DNA of 64,000 nt from Verrucomicrobiaceae bacterium (GCA_051252135.1 JBPOGH010000010.1:32001-96000); one strand, 5' to 3'; positions 48,101-56,668 are shown, counted from the first letter of the stretch. The notes: a model not told the origin generated them from the sequence alone. Translations and numbers: made by a program.

Positions 48101-48433
48101 GGTGTGGGCGGGGTAGCCCATGTTGCGCAGGGTGATGTGGGCGTCCGGGAAGTTGGCGTAGACGAGGCTTTCGAAGTGGCCGAAGTTGAGCATGCGCTCG
48201 GCGAGGACGTTGCCGATGAAGACGATGGACTCGCCTTGTTCCGGCGCGATGGGGAGGGAGGTTGAGGGTGCCTGGCCTTTGAACTCGGTGGGTTGGAGGT
48301 AGATTGGGCGCTTGCCGTCTTTCCGTTGCTGCTCGATTGAGGTGACGGTGGTGTTGACCTGAGGAGCTTCGTCGGCGGTGAGCGAGGCTGCTCCGAGGAG
48401 GAAGCATAGGAGAGAGTTGGAAAGGCGTTTCAT
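45125..48433 (-). CDS. PVC-type membrane-bound dehydrogenase-like protein: SGNH-like domain + beta-propeller + HEAT repeats + cytochrome c
   Basis: IVFIGN/FFGFNES/NGVHL; DTDGDGRADK, FRPADLELAPDGSLYFLDWHN; CETCH heme motif with distal Met; start set at MKRLSN. Confidence 0.85.
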   Translation of the reverse strand: MKRLSNSLLCFLLGAASLTADEAPQVNTTVTSIEQQRKDGKRPIYLQPTEFKGQAPSTSLPIAPEQGESIVFIGNVLAERMLNFGHFESLVYANFPDAHITLRNMGYPAHTPAFRPEAGQPNPWAFPGAKEFRPEIKKHHGKGHYPMPDEWLRALEADTIVAFFGFNESFDGPDGIENFRAELTAFVDHTLSRSYNTKTPPKLVLATPIATENLEQFSLPDSSERNRILALYANTVKEVAASKKVGFIDLFTPSSQWSGETINGVHLGDSGYAKLAPVIFESLFGKAPSTQPSPLLVKAVNDKNWFWRHDYRIPNGVHVYGQRWNPYGNFNYPEEIEKIRQMTVLRDQNIWAIARGESSTLEVDDSKTRPLTPVETNYKPSVKNGALDYLEEQEALKKFTLPEGYKVETFATEKMFPNLANPMQMRFDNEGRLWVATMPSYPHYRPGDPRPNDMLLIYEDTDGDGRADKETVWADGLSIPIGFELTPQGVYVTEAPHLTLLKDTNGDGRADSKEYLVDGFDPHDSHHSISAFDIDNGGGIFMCEGRFLHSQVETPYGPQRMADGGAWRWDPYSWKLERVFQSDVSNPWGVAHDPYGQNVLNDASGGAHWWMGGYGIKMPHAAEMPKVAQFNYEHKIRPTSGSEFLYSRHFPDDVQGDYLYANTIGFLGIKQFKTNDQITEINGTFRQNLIESTDGNFRPADLELAPDGSLYFLDWHNALIGHMQHSARDPNRSSKYGRIYRITYPSRPLVTPPVIAGASITQLFENLKLPEINARKRSQRELRGRDAQEVIAAAHTFAKENASDERLVLEALWTTWGHHQPSLDLIEACLTAKDRRVRAAAVRVVRHSLHLLESPQSYLLQAAADPDPRVRIEALNGASWLGGKDGANILLTVAAQGHDKWINNSLNSAMQLQKPEVEALLASGEFDKNSIAELDLLLKGKLKAADAETDYITRSQKKKWHNDRTFQASFELGRTIFHKEGSCETCHQKDGKGIKDIYPPIASSDWVTGSEDRLTKLVLHGLMGPIEVNGVKYAGQVPMTAVGAMYNDKQVAGVLTYVRNCWGNAADPVTPETVKRIRRETKGRTQFYAPAELLKEHPFPKK

Positions 48434-48577
48434 GGATGGAGAGATGTCAGACAAAAAGATGGAGGGAGATACGGGCGCGGGGAGGCGTTGTTTCGTAGTT
48501 TTTGAGAAAAATGGGGAAGTGAGGCGAGATTGCGCCGATGGCTTGTCATAGGGGGGGCGAAGGTTCAGGGTCAGGCC

Positions 48578-50095
48578 ATGTTGAGTCGGGTGATCTTGGT
48601 CTTTTGTGGCGGATTATTGTTTCCGCTGGGGGCTCAGGAGAAGCCGAATATTGTCGTTATTTACACCGATGATCAGGGATTTGGTGATGCGAGTTGTTTG
48701 AACGGGGAGGCGAAGTTTGCGACGCCGAACCTGGATCGGCTGGCGAAAGAGGGGATCTCGCTGACGAACGGGCACAGTGCGGACACGGTGTGCACGCCCT
48801 CGCGGTATGCCTTGCTGACGGGGCGATATTGTTGGCGGACCTCACTCAAGAAGAATGTCATGGGTGCGGAGGGAAAATGCCTGATCGAGGATGGGCGGAT
48901 GACTTTGGCATCGATGCTGCGGGATCAGGGGTATGCGACGGGGATGGTGGGGAAGTGGCATCTGGGGATGGATTTTCCGGGGAAGGGACCGGCGGATCGG
49001 GACTGGAGTCAACCGGTGAAGGATATGCCGCTGGACAAGGGGTTTGATTATTTTTTCGGGATTCCGGCGTCGTTGAACTTCGGGGTGTTGGCTTGGTTTG
49101 AGGGGCGTTATGCGAAGGTGCCTCCGGTGTTGTTTACCAATAAGAAGCCCAACAAGAGGCACATGGATTACCGGATCATGCCGCCGTATCAGGAGAGCGC
49201 GGCGGAGACGAAGGAGGTGGTGGGAACGAAGGGGTTTGAGGTGGCTCCGGACTTTATTGATAACCAGTGTCTGACGCGCTTTACGGATCGCGCGATGGGC
49301 TGGATGAAGGAGCAGGAGAAGCCGTTCTTTCTCTATCTGCCGCTGACCTCACCGCATTATCCGGTGGCTCCGCTTCCGGAATTTCATGGGAAAGGCGAGG
49401 CCGGAGGGTATGGGGAATTCATGATCGAGACGGATCATCATGTGGGGCGGATTTTGGATTTTTTGGCAAAGGAGAAGCTCGATGAGAATACCTTGATTGT
49501 GTTTACGAGTGACAACGGGCCGGAGAAATCCTGGAAGGAGCGGATTGGAAAATTCGGGCACGACAGTCGAGGCGGGCTGCGTGGGGGGAAGCGCGATATT
49601 TATGAAGGGGGGCACCGGGTGCCGTTCTTTGTCCGTTGGCCGGCGGGGATCAAAAATCCGGGAAGGAGTTCCGATGCTTTGGTGGGGCAGGTGGATTTGC
49701 TGGCGACGATTGCGGAGATTGTGGGGGTGAAGATTCCGGATGTCGCGGGCGAGGATAGTGAGAGTTTTGCGTCGCTGCTGAAGGGGGAGGAGCACGAGCG
49801 GCTTCCGCTGATCAATCACGGATTCTCGGGGCGATTTGCGATTACCGAGGGGAGCTGGAAGCTGGTGATGCCGCACAAGGGGGCGAAGCGGGAGCTTTAC
49901 GATCTGGCAGGGGATCGGGAGGAGAAGGTGAACGTGATCGCGAAGAATGCGGAACGGGCAAAGGCCTTGGAAGAGAAGCTTACCGGGATTGTCTTGAAGG
50001 GTCGGACGACTGAGGGGAAGGCGCAGGCGAATGACACGGGGTGGTGGAAAGATTTGACCTGGATTCCGGAGGAGGAGTATGGGGCCGCGAAGTGA
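48578..50095 (+). CDS. Arylsulfatase (Cys-type formylglycine sulfatase)
   Basis: KPNIVVIYTDDQG, CTPSRYALLTGRY, GKWHLG, FTSDNG, EGGHRVP; start set at MLSRVI. Confidence 0.95.
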   Translation: MLSRVILVFCGGLLFPLGAQEKPNIVVIYTDDQGFGDASCLNGEAKFATPNLDRLAKEGISLTNGHSADTVCTPSRYALLTGRYCWRTSLKKNVMGAEGKCLIEDGRMTLASMLRDQGYATGMVGKWHLGMDFPGKGPADRDWSQPVKDMPLDKGFDYFFGIPASLNFGVLAWFEGRYAKVPPVLFTNKKPNKRHMDYRIMPPYQESAAETKEVVGTKGFEVAPDFIDNQCLTRFTDRAMGWMKEQEKPFFLYLPLTSPHYPVAPLPEFHGKGEAGGYGEFMIETDHHVGRILDFLAKEKLDENTLIVFTSDNGPEKSWKERIGKFGHDSRGGLRGGKRDIYEGGHRVPFFVRWPAGIKNPGRSSDALVGQVDLLATIAEIVGVKIPDVAGEDSESFASLLKGEEHERLPLINHGFSGRFAITEGSWKLVMPHKGAKRELYDLAGDREEKVNVIAKNAERAKALEEKLTGIVLKGRTTEGKAQANDTGWWKDLTWIPEEEYGAAK

Positions 50096-50101
50096 TTTGC
50101 G

Positions 50102-50518
50102 TTATTGGAGGCCGAGGGCTTGTTGGGCGGCGGCGATGATGGCGTCTGATTCTTCGGGGGCGTAGTCGGCTTTGGCATCGGAGGCCCAGACGGTGCCGGG
50201 CCAGGCGGGGTCGGTGGTGGAGCGGGCGACGATGTGGATGTGCATTTGGCGGACGATGTTTCCGATGCAGGCGACGTTTAATTTGTCGGGCTGGAAGTGG
50301 TCGGAGACGAATTGGGAAAGAGCGCGGATGAGGAAGGCGACGGAGGCGTAGTCCTCGGGTGGGAGTTGGTGGAGGTCTTCGAGGTCGGCGGCGACCTCGG
50401 GGACGATGAGGAACCAGGGGAAGGCGGCGTTTTTTTTGAGGAGAATGCGGCAGCCGTTGGCGCGGCCGATCTCGTGGGTGCCGGCGGCGAGCCGGGGATG
50501 AAGTTCAAAGGACGACAT
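50102..50518 (-). CDS. HIT-family protein
   Basis: FELHPRL, PWFLIVP, DKLNVACIGNIVRQMHIHIVAR, DPAWPG. Confidence 0.9.
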   Translation of the reverse strand: MSSFELHPRLAAGTHEIGRANGCRILLKKNAAFPWFLIVPEVAADLEDLHQLPPEDYASVAFLIRALSQFVSDHFQPDKLNVACIGNIVRQMHIHIVARSTTDPAWPGTVWASDAKADYAPEESDAIIAAAQQALGLQ

Positions 50519-50560
50519 TCCGGAGGGTGGCCTCGCGGGGGGCGGTTTGGAAGGGCGGAA

Positions 50561-51619
50561 TTAGTTCGCGATCTCGCGGGTGCCGTCTTCGTGAACGATA
50601 GTGAGCTTGCCGCCGGTTTTGCGGGAGAGGTCATCGAGGTCGTCGATGGCCTTGGGGACCATCATGGCGACGCAGTTGATGGTGACGCCCATCTTGCGGG
50701 CGCGGGCGGCAATTTCCTTGGCCCATTTGTCGGAGCCGTTGGCGGCGCCATCGGTCATGAAGTAGACCATCTGGGGAGCGGGGTCCATATCGAGGACCAT
50801 GTTGAGGGGGTGGTTCCAGACGGTGCCGCCGGAGAGGGGGGTGGTTTTGACGATCTTCTGGAGTCGGAGGACTTCGGCATCGGTGATCTCGAACCAGGGG
50901 ACGGGTTCTTTTTTACCTTCGTGTTCCCAGGCGTTGTGGCTGCCGGTGTTCTTCCACTTGTAGGTGTTCCCGTCCTGGGATTTGACGGTGGCGATGTTGT
51001 CTTTTTTCGAGACTTTGCCGCCGGCAACCCAAGCGGGTCCGGAGAAGAAGACCATGCCGAGCTTGGTGCCGGGGTACATTTTTTCGAGTGATTCGTGGAG
51101 CTCGGCGCGCATGAGTTTTTCGCGGCTTCCAGCTCTCATGGAGCCGGAGAAATCGATGACGTAGGCGATGCGCTCGGCGGTGACTGTTTGGCCGAAGAAG
51201 GTGGTGGAGCCTCCGCCAGCGCCAAAATCGCCATCAGCGAAGCCGTCACCAAAGCCATCGGCGTCACCGAAGTCGGCAGGGGCGGTGGTTTCGAAAATGG
51301 GAACGGGGACGGCGGTGGGAGATGCGGTGGTTGACGCGATGACCCGGGACATCGAAGAGCTGGGTGAGGCCGGTTTTTTGGCAACCTGGTTTCTGACTAC
51401 GGGGCGGTCGACGTCGGTTTGTTCTTCGGACGCAGCGGAGTAGGTGACGATGGTGGGAATGTCCTTGGGCTCGGTAACCATCATGATGATGGCAAGGATG
51501 AGGGCGATGAGGCCCATGACGAGCAGGGCGATGATGAAGCTGCTGATGGTGGCCACGCGCTGCTGCTGCGCGAGGATTCGGCGGGCCTCGGGGGTGGAAG
51601 GAATGCTCAGGTTGCTCAT
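50561..51619 (-). CDS. Membrane-anchored vWA-domain protein (paralog A)
   Basis: TM, Pro/Ser linker, DFGD/Gly repeats, MIDAS-like YVIDFSGSM...GGT...FMTDG; start set at MSNLSI. Confidence 0.82.
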   Translation of the reverse strand: MSNLSIPSTPEARRILAQQQRVATISSFIIALLVMGLIALILAIIMMVTEPKDIPTIVTYSAASEEQTDVDRPVVRNQVAKKPASPSSSMSRVIASTTASPTAVPVPIFETTAPADFGDADGFGDGFADGDFGAGGGSTTFFGQTVTAERIAYVIDFSGSMRAGSREKLMRAELHESLEKMYPGTKLGMVFFSGPAWVAGGKVSKKDNIATVKSQDGNTYKWKNTGSHNAWEHEGKKEPVPWFEITDAEVLRLQKIVKTTPLSGGTVWNHPLNMVLDMDPAPQMVYFMTDGAANGSDKWAKEIAARARKMGVTINCVAMMVPKAIDDLDDLSRKTGGKLTIVHEDGTREIAN

Positions 51620-51663
51620 GTCCGGTTGAACGAGCGGGGAGGGTGGATCCTTAGAGTGATTTT

Positions 51664-52419
51664 TCAAGAGGTTCTTCTGCGGCGGAGGCCGAGGAGGCTG
51701 CCGGCAATAAGGGCGAGGAGGCTGGTGGAGGGCTCGGGGACATTGCGATGACCGACGATCTGGAAGCCGTTGACTGGGGCCTTGGTTCCGTTGGCGGTGG
51801 CGGAAATATCGACGATGAAGGAGGGATCGGTGAGGCCGGGGAAGAGGACGTAGTTTCCTTCCATGGAGCCGACCTGGCTGTCCTGATATGTGGTGGTGCC
51901 GGCGCCGTAGCCGACGCCCAGCTCCTGGTGGAGGTAGGAAGTGACGCCACCGCCGGAGGGGATCATGTTCATTGCGGAAGTGGGGGTGGTGGCGGAGATG
52001 CCTTGGTCACCGTAGACGTAGACGTCGTAGTAATCCCATCCGAGGGAGACGAGGTTGATGCTGGTGACGATGATGGCGGCGACATCGACCACTCCACCGG
52101 GTCCGGTCTCGGCGGCGAGGTAACCTTCCATCATGTCTTCATCGCCGATGGTGGAGGTGCTGCCGGCGATGGTGCCTGAGGTGGGTGCGTTCCAATCGGT
52201 GGTGATGGGAGTGCCAATTCCGGTGTTGGTGAGGCCGCTAAGGGTGCCTACGAGGCCGGGAGCGGGGTGCCAGGTGTCGGCAGGGACGATGCCGGCGACG
52301 TGCGTGGGCGCGAGGGTGTCGGGCTGGGAGTCGCCGAGGAGGTCGACCGAGTAGACGGAGACGAGCGCGGCGTGGGAGGTGGCGAGGAGAGCGACGGAGA
52401 GAAGAGTGATTGATTTCAT
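51664..52419 (-). CDS. PEP-CTERM sorting domain protein
   Basis: Signal peptide ending SHA; VNGFQIV then VPEPSTSLLALIAGSLLGLRRRR. Confidence 0.92.
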   Translation of the reverse strand: MKSITLLSVALLATSHAALVSVYSVDLLGDSQPDTLAPTHVAGIVPADTWHPAPGLVGTLSGLTNTGIGTPITTDWNAPTSGTIAGSTSTIGDEDMMEGYLAAETGPGGVVDVAAIIVTSINLVSLGWDYYDVYVYGDQGISATTPTSAMNMIPSGGGVTSYLHQELGVGYGAGTTTYQDSQVGSMEGNYVLFPGLTDPSFIVDISATANGTKAPVNGFQIVGHRNVPEPSTSLLALIAGSLLGLRRRRTS

Positions 52420-52493
52420 GAGATCGGAGTCTGAATTGAGCGAGGGCTTGGAGGTCCCTTCAGTTGCTCAATCGCAGTCCGATGTTTTCGATG

Positions 52494-53600
52494 TCACTTT
52501 TTCGCCGGTTTTTTCCCGGGCTTCTTTTTCTTGGGCGCGGGTTTGAGTTTGTCGACGATTTCGCGGTCGCCGTTTTCCTTCACGATGGTGAGCTGGCCGC
52601 CGGTGCGATCGGAGAGGTCTTTGAGATCGCGAATGGCTTGTGGAACCATCATGGCGACGCAGTTGATGGTGACGCCCATTTCGGCGGCGCGGTCTCCGAC
52701 TTCCTTGGCCCAGACGTCGGCACCCTGAGCGGCGCCGTCGGTCATGAAGTAGATCATTTGGGGAGGAGGCTCCATATTGAGGGCCATGTTGAGGGGGTGA
52801 TTCCAGACGGTGCCTCCGACGAGGGGAGTTTCCTGGACGATCTTTTTGAGCTTCTTGCGTTGGGGTGGTGAGACGGTGATCCAGGAGATTTTTTCGATGC
52901 GTCCGTCGGGTTCCCAACCGAAGGGGCCTCCGCCGGTGTTTTTCCAGAGGTATTCCTTTCCGTTGTGGGCAGTGACTTTTTTGCCTTTTGCCTCACCTCC
53001 GGCGCCCCAAGCGGGCCCGGCGAAGAAGATCATGCCGAGCTGGATGCCGGGTTGGATTTTTTCGAGGGATTCGGTGAGCTCGTCGCGCATGAGTTTTTCG
53101 CGGCCCTTGCTCTTCATTGATTGGGAGTAGTCGATGACGTAGGCGATGCGCTCGGCGCGAACAGTTTGTCCGAAGAAGGTGGTGATGCCTGCGCCGTCGC
53201 CGAAGTCGCCATCGCCCCATCCTTGTCCGAAGTCATCGCCATCGCCGAAATCGAGGGAGGGTTCGGGGACGTCGAACTCGGGGACCGGGACGGCGGTGGT
53301 GGATGCGGTGGTGGAAGCGATGACCCGCGCCATGGAGGAGCTGGGTGCGGAGGGCTTGCGGGAAATTTTTGTTTGTTGCTTGGGTCGGTCGACGACTTGC
53401 TCGTCCTGTGACTCGGCGCTGTAAGTGACGATGGTGGGGATTTCCTTCACCTCGGTGACCATCATGATGATTCCGAGGAGAACGGCGAGGAGGGCCATGA
53501 CGAGCAGGGCGATGATGAAGCTGCTGATGGTGGAGAGGCGTCGCTGACGCATCAACTCCTGTTGTGCGATTGCCGAGGGGATGTTGCTGACCTTACTCAC
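52494..53600 (-). CDS. Membrane-anchored vWA-domain protein (paralog B)
   Basis: Same architecture as 50561-51619: YVIDYSQSM, GGTVWNHPLNM, YFMTDGAA; Lys-rich tail. Confidence 0.82.
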   Translation of the reverse strand: MSKVSNIPSAIAQQELMRQRRLSTISSFIIALLVMALLAVLLGIIMMVTEVKEIPTIVTYSAESQDEQVVDRPKQQTKISRKPSAPSSSMARVIASTTASTTAVPVPEFDVPEPSLDFGDGDDFGQGWGDGDFGDGAGITTFFGQTVRAERIAYVIDYSQSMKSKGREKLMRDELTESLEKIQPGIQLGMIFFAGPAWGAGGEAKGKKVTAHNGKEYLWKNTGGGPFGWEPDGRIEKISWITVSPPQRKKLKKIVQETPLVGGTVWNHPLNMALNMEPPPQMIYFMTDGAAQGADVWAKEVGDRAAEMGVTINCVAMMVPQAIRDLKDLSDRTGGQLTIVKENGDREIVDKLKPAPKKKKPGKKPAKK

Positions 53601-53641
53601 GGGAGATGGATGCTAGGGCTTTTGGCCCGGAGTGGGGAGAA

Positions 53642-54268
53642 TTAAAATGGAACGGTGGAGGTGAAGGAGAGGCGCTCGCCGGTGGTGGGGTGGGTGAAGG
53701 TGAGCTCGCAGGCGTGGAGTTTGAGCTGGCCGTTTTCGGTGGCGGTTCCGTAGAAGGGGTCTCCGACGATGGGGGTGCCGAGGCCTTTTGGGTGGGCGGA
53801 GTGGAGACGGAGTTGGTGGGTGCGTCCGGTGAGGGGTTTGAAGGAGATGCGGGTGAATTCTCCTTCGATGGCGACTTTTTCCCAAACGGTGGTGCCGATT
53901 TTTCCGTGGACGGGGTCGTAGATTTGGATGGGGCGGTTTTCGACATCGAGCCGGAAGGGGAGGGTGATGACGCCGCCTGCTTCGGTGATGATGCCTTCGA
54001 GGAGGGCTTCGTAACGTTTTTCGACCTGGCGTTCCTGGAACTGGATGGAGAGGTGGCGGTGGGCTTCGGTAGTGAAGGCGAGGACGAGGAGTCCGGAGGT
54101 GTCCATGTCGAGCCGGTGGACGGCGGGCTGGACGATGCAGTCCGGGAATTGGGTGCGGATGCGGTGGGAGACGGAGTCGATTTTTTCGGGACCGCGACCG
54201 GGGACGGAGAGGAAGCCGCTGGGTTTTTCGACGACGACGAGGTCGTCATCCTGATAGATGATGGTCAT
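53642..54268 (-). CDS. RluA-family pseudouridine synthase
   Basis: KPSGFLSVPG, VHRLDMDTSGL, TGRTHQLRLH, PIVGD. Confidence 0.93.
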   Translation of the reverse strand: MTIIYQDDDLVVVEKPSGFLSVPGRGPEKIDSVSHRIRTQFPDCIVQPAVHRLDMDTSGLLVLAFTTEAHRHLSIQFQERQVEKRYEALLEGIITEAGGVITLPFRLDVENRPIQIYDPVHGKIGTTVWEKVAIEGEFTRISFKPLTGRTHQLRLHSAHPKGLGTPIVGDPFYGTATENGQLKLHACELTFTHPTTGERLSFTSTVPF

Positions 54269-55476
54269 GCCTGGCGGGGAAGGCGGGCGGTGAGGAGGGT
54301 GGCGATGGCGAGCATGGCGGCGCTGGTCCAGAGGCAGGCGGTGAGGCCGCCGTAGTAGTAGGAGAGACCGGAGGCGAGGGTGCCGAGGAGGCGTCCGGCG
54401 GCGTTGGCCATGTAGTAGAATCCGACATTGGCGGCTACGTCATCGTCTGTGGTGAAGGCGAGGATGAGGTAGGAGTGGAGAGCGGAATTTATGGCGAAGA
54501 CCACGCCGTAGATGAGGAGGCCGACGATGATGGTGGTGACGATGGCGATCTCCAGTTGGATGAGGGTGGCGATGGCGGCGGCGAGGAGGGTGAGGACGAA
54601 GACCCAGAGGAGGGCGGCGCGGGAGGCGTGGGTGGTGCCGGCTTTTCGGATGAGGGCGGGAGCGGAGGCCTGGATGATGCCGTAGCCGATGACCCAGAGA
54701 GCCATGAAGCCGCCGACTTGATCGAAGGACCAGCCGAGTTGCGCTTTTAAGAAGACGGGGAGGCCGACGACGAACCAGACATCACGCGCGGCGAAGAGGG
54801 AGAGTCGGGCGGCGGAGAGGCGGTTGATGGCGGGGGACTTGGCGAAGAGCTGGGTGAACTTGAGTTTGTTTTTTGCGGTGCCGAGATCGGAGGGGACGCC
54901 GAAGGTGGCGAGGAGGAAGATCACGAAGAGGGCACCCGCCATGATATAAAGTGCGCCCTGGAAGCCGGCGAGGGTGAGGAGGAGTCCGCCGAGGAAGAAG
55001 CCGACGCCTTTGAGGGCATTTTTTGAGCCGGTGAGGAGGGCGACCCAGCGGAGGAGTCCGCGCTCTTGTTTCTCGGCGGATTGGTCTTTGGGGACGAGGA
55101 CTTTGACGGCGGACTTGGCCGACATTTTGGTGAGATCCTTGGCGATGCCGGAGAGGGCTTGGGTTCCCATGATGGCGGCGATGACGACCCAGGGGAGCCA
55201 GGAGAGATTAACGAGGGCGAGGAGGACGAGCGCGATGACCTGGAGGAGGAGGCCGGTGGTGAGGGTGCGCTTGAGGCCGCTGCGGGAGGCCCACCAGCCG
55301 CCGAGGAGGTTGGTGAGGATGCCGCAGAATTCGTAGAGGAGAAAAAGGGCGGCGAGGGTGATGGCGTCCATGCCCTGCGCGTGGAAGTGCAGCAGGACGA
55401 GCATGCGGAGGGCGCCATCGGTGAGGGTGAAGCCCCAGTAGGATGCGGTGACGATGGCGTAGGCGCGTTTGTTCAT
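54265..55476 (-). CDS. arsJ: Organoarsenical (1-arseno-3-phosphoglycerate) efflux MFS transporter
   Basis: YWGFTLTDGALRMLVLLHF, QALSGIAKDLTKMSAKS, LTGSKNALKG, VGFYYMANAAGRL; linked to gapdh and arsR. Confidence 0.93.
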   Translation of the reverse strand: MNKRAYAIVTASYWGFTLTDGALRMLVLLHFHAQGMDAITLAALFLLYEFCGILTNLLGGWWASRSGLKRTLTTGLLLQVIALVLLALVNLSWLPWVVIAAIMGTQALSGIAKDLTKMSAKSAVKVLVPKDQSAEKQERGLLRWVALLTGSKNALKGVGFFLGGLLLTLAGFQGALYIMAGALFVIFLLATFGVPSDLGTAKNKLKFTQLFAKSPAINRLSAARLSLFAARDVWFVVGLPVFLKAQLGWSFDQVGGFMALWVIGYGIIQASAPALIRKAGTTHASRAALLWVFVLTLLAAAIATLIQLEIAIVTTIIVGLLIYGVVFAINSALHSYLILAFTTDDDVAANVGFYYMANAAGRLLGTLASGLSYYYGGLTACLWTSAAMLAIATLLTARLPRQA

Positions 55477-55543
55477 GAGAGCGAAAAGGTGTGCGGGGCG
55501 GCTTTTAGCGATTGGCGGTTAGCTTTTAGCTCACGCTGGCGCG
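55452..55543. repeat. Imperfect direct repeat copy 1 (arsJ leader + first 8 codons)
   Basis: CGATGGCGTAGGCGCG...GTTCAT...TGCGGGGCGGCTTTTAGCG...GCTTTTAGCTCACGCTGGCGCG. Confidence 0.9.
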
Positions 55544-55566
55544 AGGGTTTGGGCTTTGGGTGAAAT

Positions 55567-56052
55567 CTAATTTTTGGAGATGTCCGTTTTCGAGTAGTAG
55601 TCGAAAGCTTTTCTGTAGACAGAGCTGAAGGGATCAGAACTCAGGCGGTCGATAGAGCCCCATTTTACGTGATCAAGAATACGGGTGTCCTCGATTACTT
55701 GGGTGGAGGCATTATCAAAAAACAGAACAGTGATACGGACTGCTTCTCCGTTTGTGGGGTCTTTTGGAGGAGATGAGCGGACCTCTACCCTTTCCCCCAC
55801 TTTAATTTTTCCTTTGTGAACCCTGCTCACAATGCCTCGACTGATGTAGAGGTTTTTCTCGTCGTTCTTGGCAGGAGTAAATTCTCCCTCAAGATGAACG
55901 ATATCAACGATGGTATCGTGTTTTTCGATCAAGCGCTTGATGTGGGTGTATAGGCCAACATTGTTCTCGCTAAGATCGGGAGGAAAAGCGGAAACGGGAG
56001 CGAAGAGTCCAAGAACTAAGATGTGTGCGATGGCGTAGGCGCGGGAGTTCAT
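55567..56052 (-). CDS. Hypothetical exported protein whose N-terminus matches that of ArsJ
   Basis: MNSRAYAI vs ArsJ MNKRAYAI, then hydrophobic core and VSA cleavage-like site; body AT-rich. Confidence 0.75.
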   Translation of the reverse strand: MNSRAYAIAHILVLGLFAPVSAFPPDLSENNVGLYTHIKRLIEKHDTIVDIVHLEGEFTPAKNDEKNLYISRGIVSRVHKGKIKVGERVEVRSSPPKDPTNGEAVRITVLFFDNASTQVIEDTRILDHVKWGSIDRLSSDPFSSVYRKAFDYYSKTDISKN

Positions 56053-56123
56053 TTTCGGGAGTTGGAAGGTTTGCGGGGCGGCTTTTAGCGGTTGGTGATT
56101 GGCTTTTAGCTCACGCTGGCGCG
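56028..56123. repeat. Imperfect direct repeat copy 2
   Basis: Shares perfect blocks of 16, 19 and 22 nt with 55452-55543; includes 7-mer tandem TTTTAGC/GGTTGGT/GATTGGC/TTTTAGC. Confidence 0.9.
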
Positions 56124-56145
56124 CGGGGTGGAAAGAATTGGGGTC

Positions 56146-56628
56146 TTAGAGGGGCTTGGTTTGCATGGAGACAGTTTTGCCGTTCTCGAGAGTGCGTTGG
56201 CCGATGGGGGTGAAGCCGTTTTTTTGGTGGAAGTTGAGGGAGCCGGTGTTGGGGGGATGGAGGTCCATTTCGGCGGCGAGTTGGATGAGCTGATTTTTTA
56301 GGGCCCACTCTTGAATGTGGGAGTAGAATTTTTGGCCCAGGCCTTTTCCTTGGGCTTGCGGGGAGATGACGACGCGGTCGATGTAGAAGAAGTTTTTGAG
56401 TCGCCCGGAGAACCATTGGTAGTTTCCGTTTTGGTAGGGGGCGTGATCGGTGATGCCGATGAGGAAGCCGAGGATTTGGTCGTGTTCTTTAGCGACGAGT
56501 GAGAGGGCGCTGAGATCGAAAAGGTGTTGGATTTTCTCCGCATCCATGGGGCTGGTGACGGCGACCGCTTCATCGTTCAGTGCAAGGATGGCGCTGGCGT
56601 CGGAAGGGGTTGCGGGGCGGAGAATCAT
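56146..56628 (-). CDS. GNAT-family N-acetyltransferase
   Basis: ILALND, NYQWF, FYIDRVVISPQAQGKGLG, PPNTGSLNFHQKNGF. Confidence 0.9.
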   Translation of the reverse strand: MILRPATPSDASAILALNDEAVAVTSPMDAEKIQHLFDLSALSLVAKEHDQILGFLIGITDHAPYQNGNYQWFSGRLKNFFYIDRVVISPQAQGKGLGQKFYSHIQEWALKNQLIQLAAEMDLHPPNTGSLNFHQKNGFTPIGQRTLENGKTVSMQTKPL

Positions 56629-56668
56629 GTTTTCTAACTAAAAAATAGATGAAGCTTGGTTGCGGGTA

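Noticed and set aside
55452..56123. CRISPR array or integron attC reading of the direct repeats
   Set aside because: Only two long copies separated by a gene; no cas or intI gene and no RYYYAAC/GTTRRRY ends
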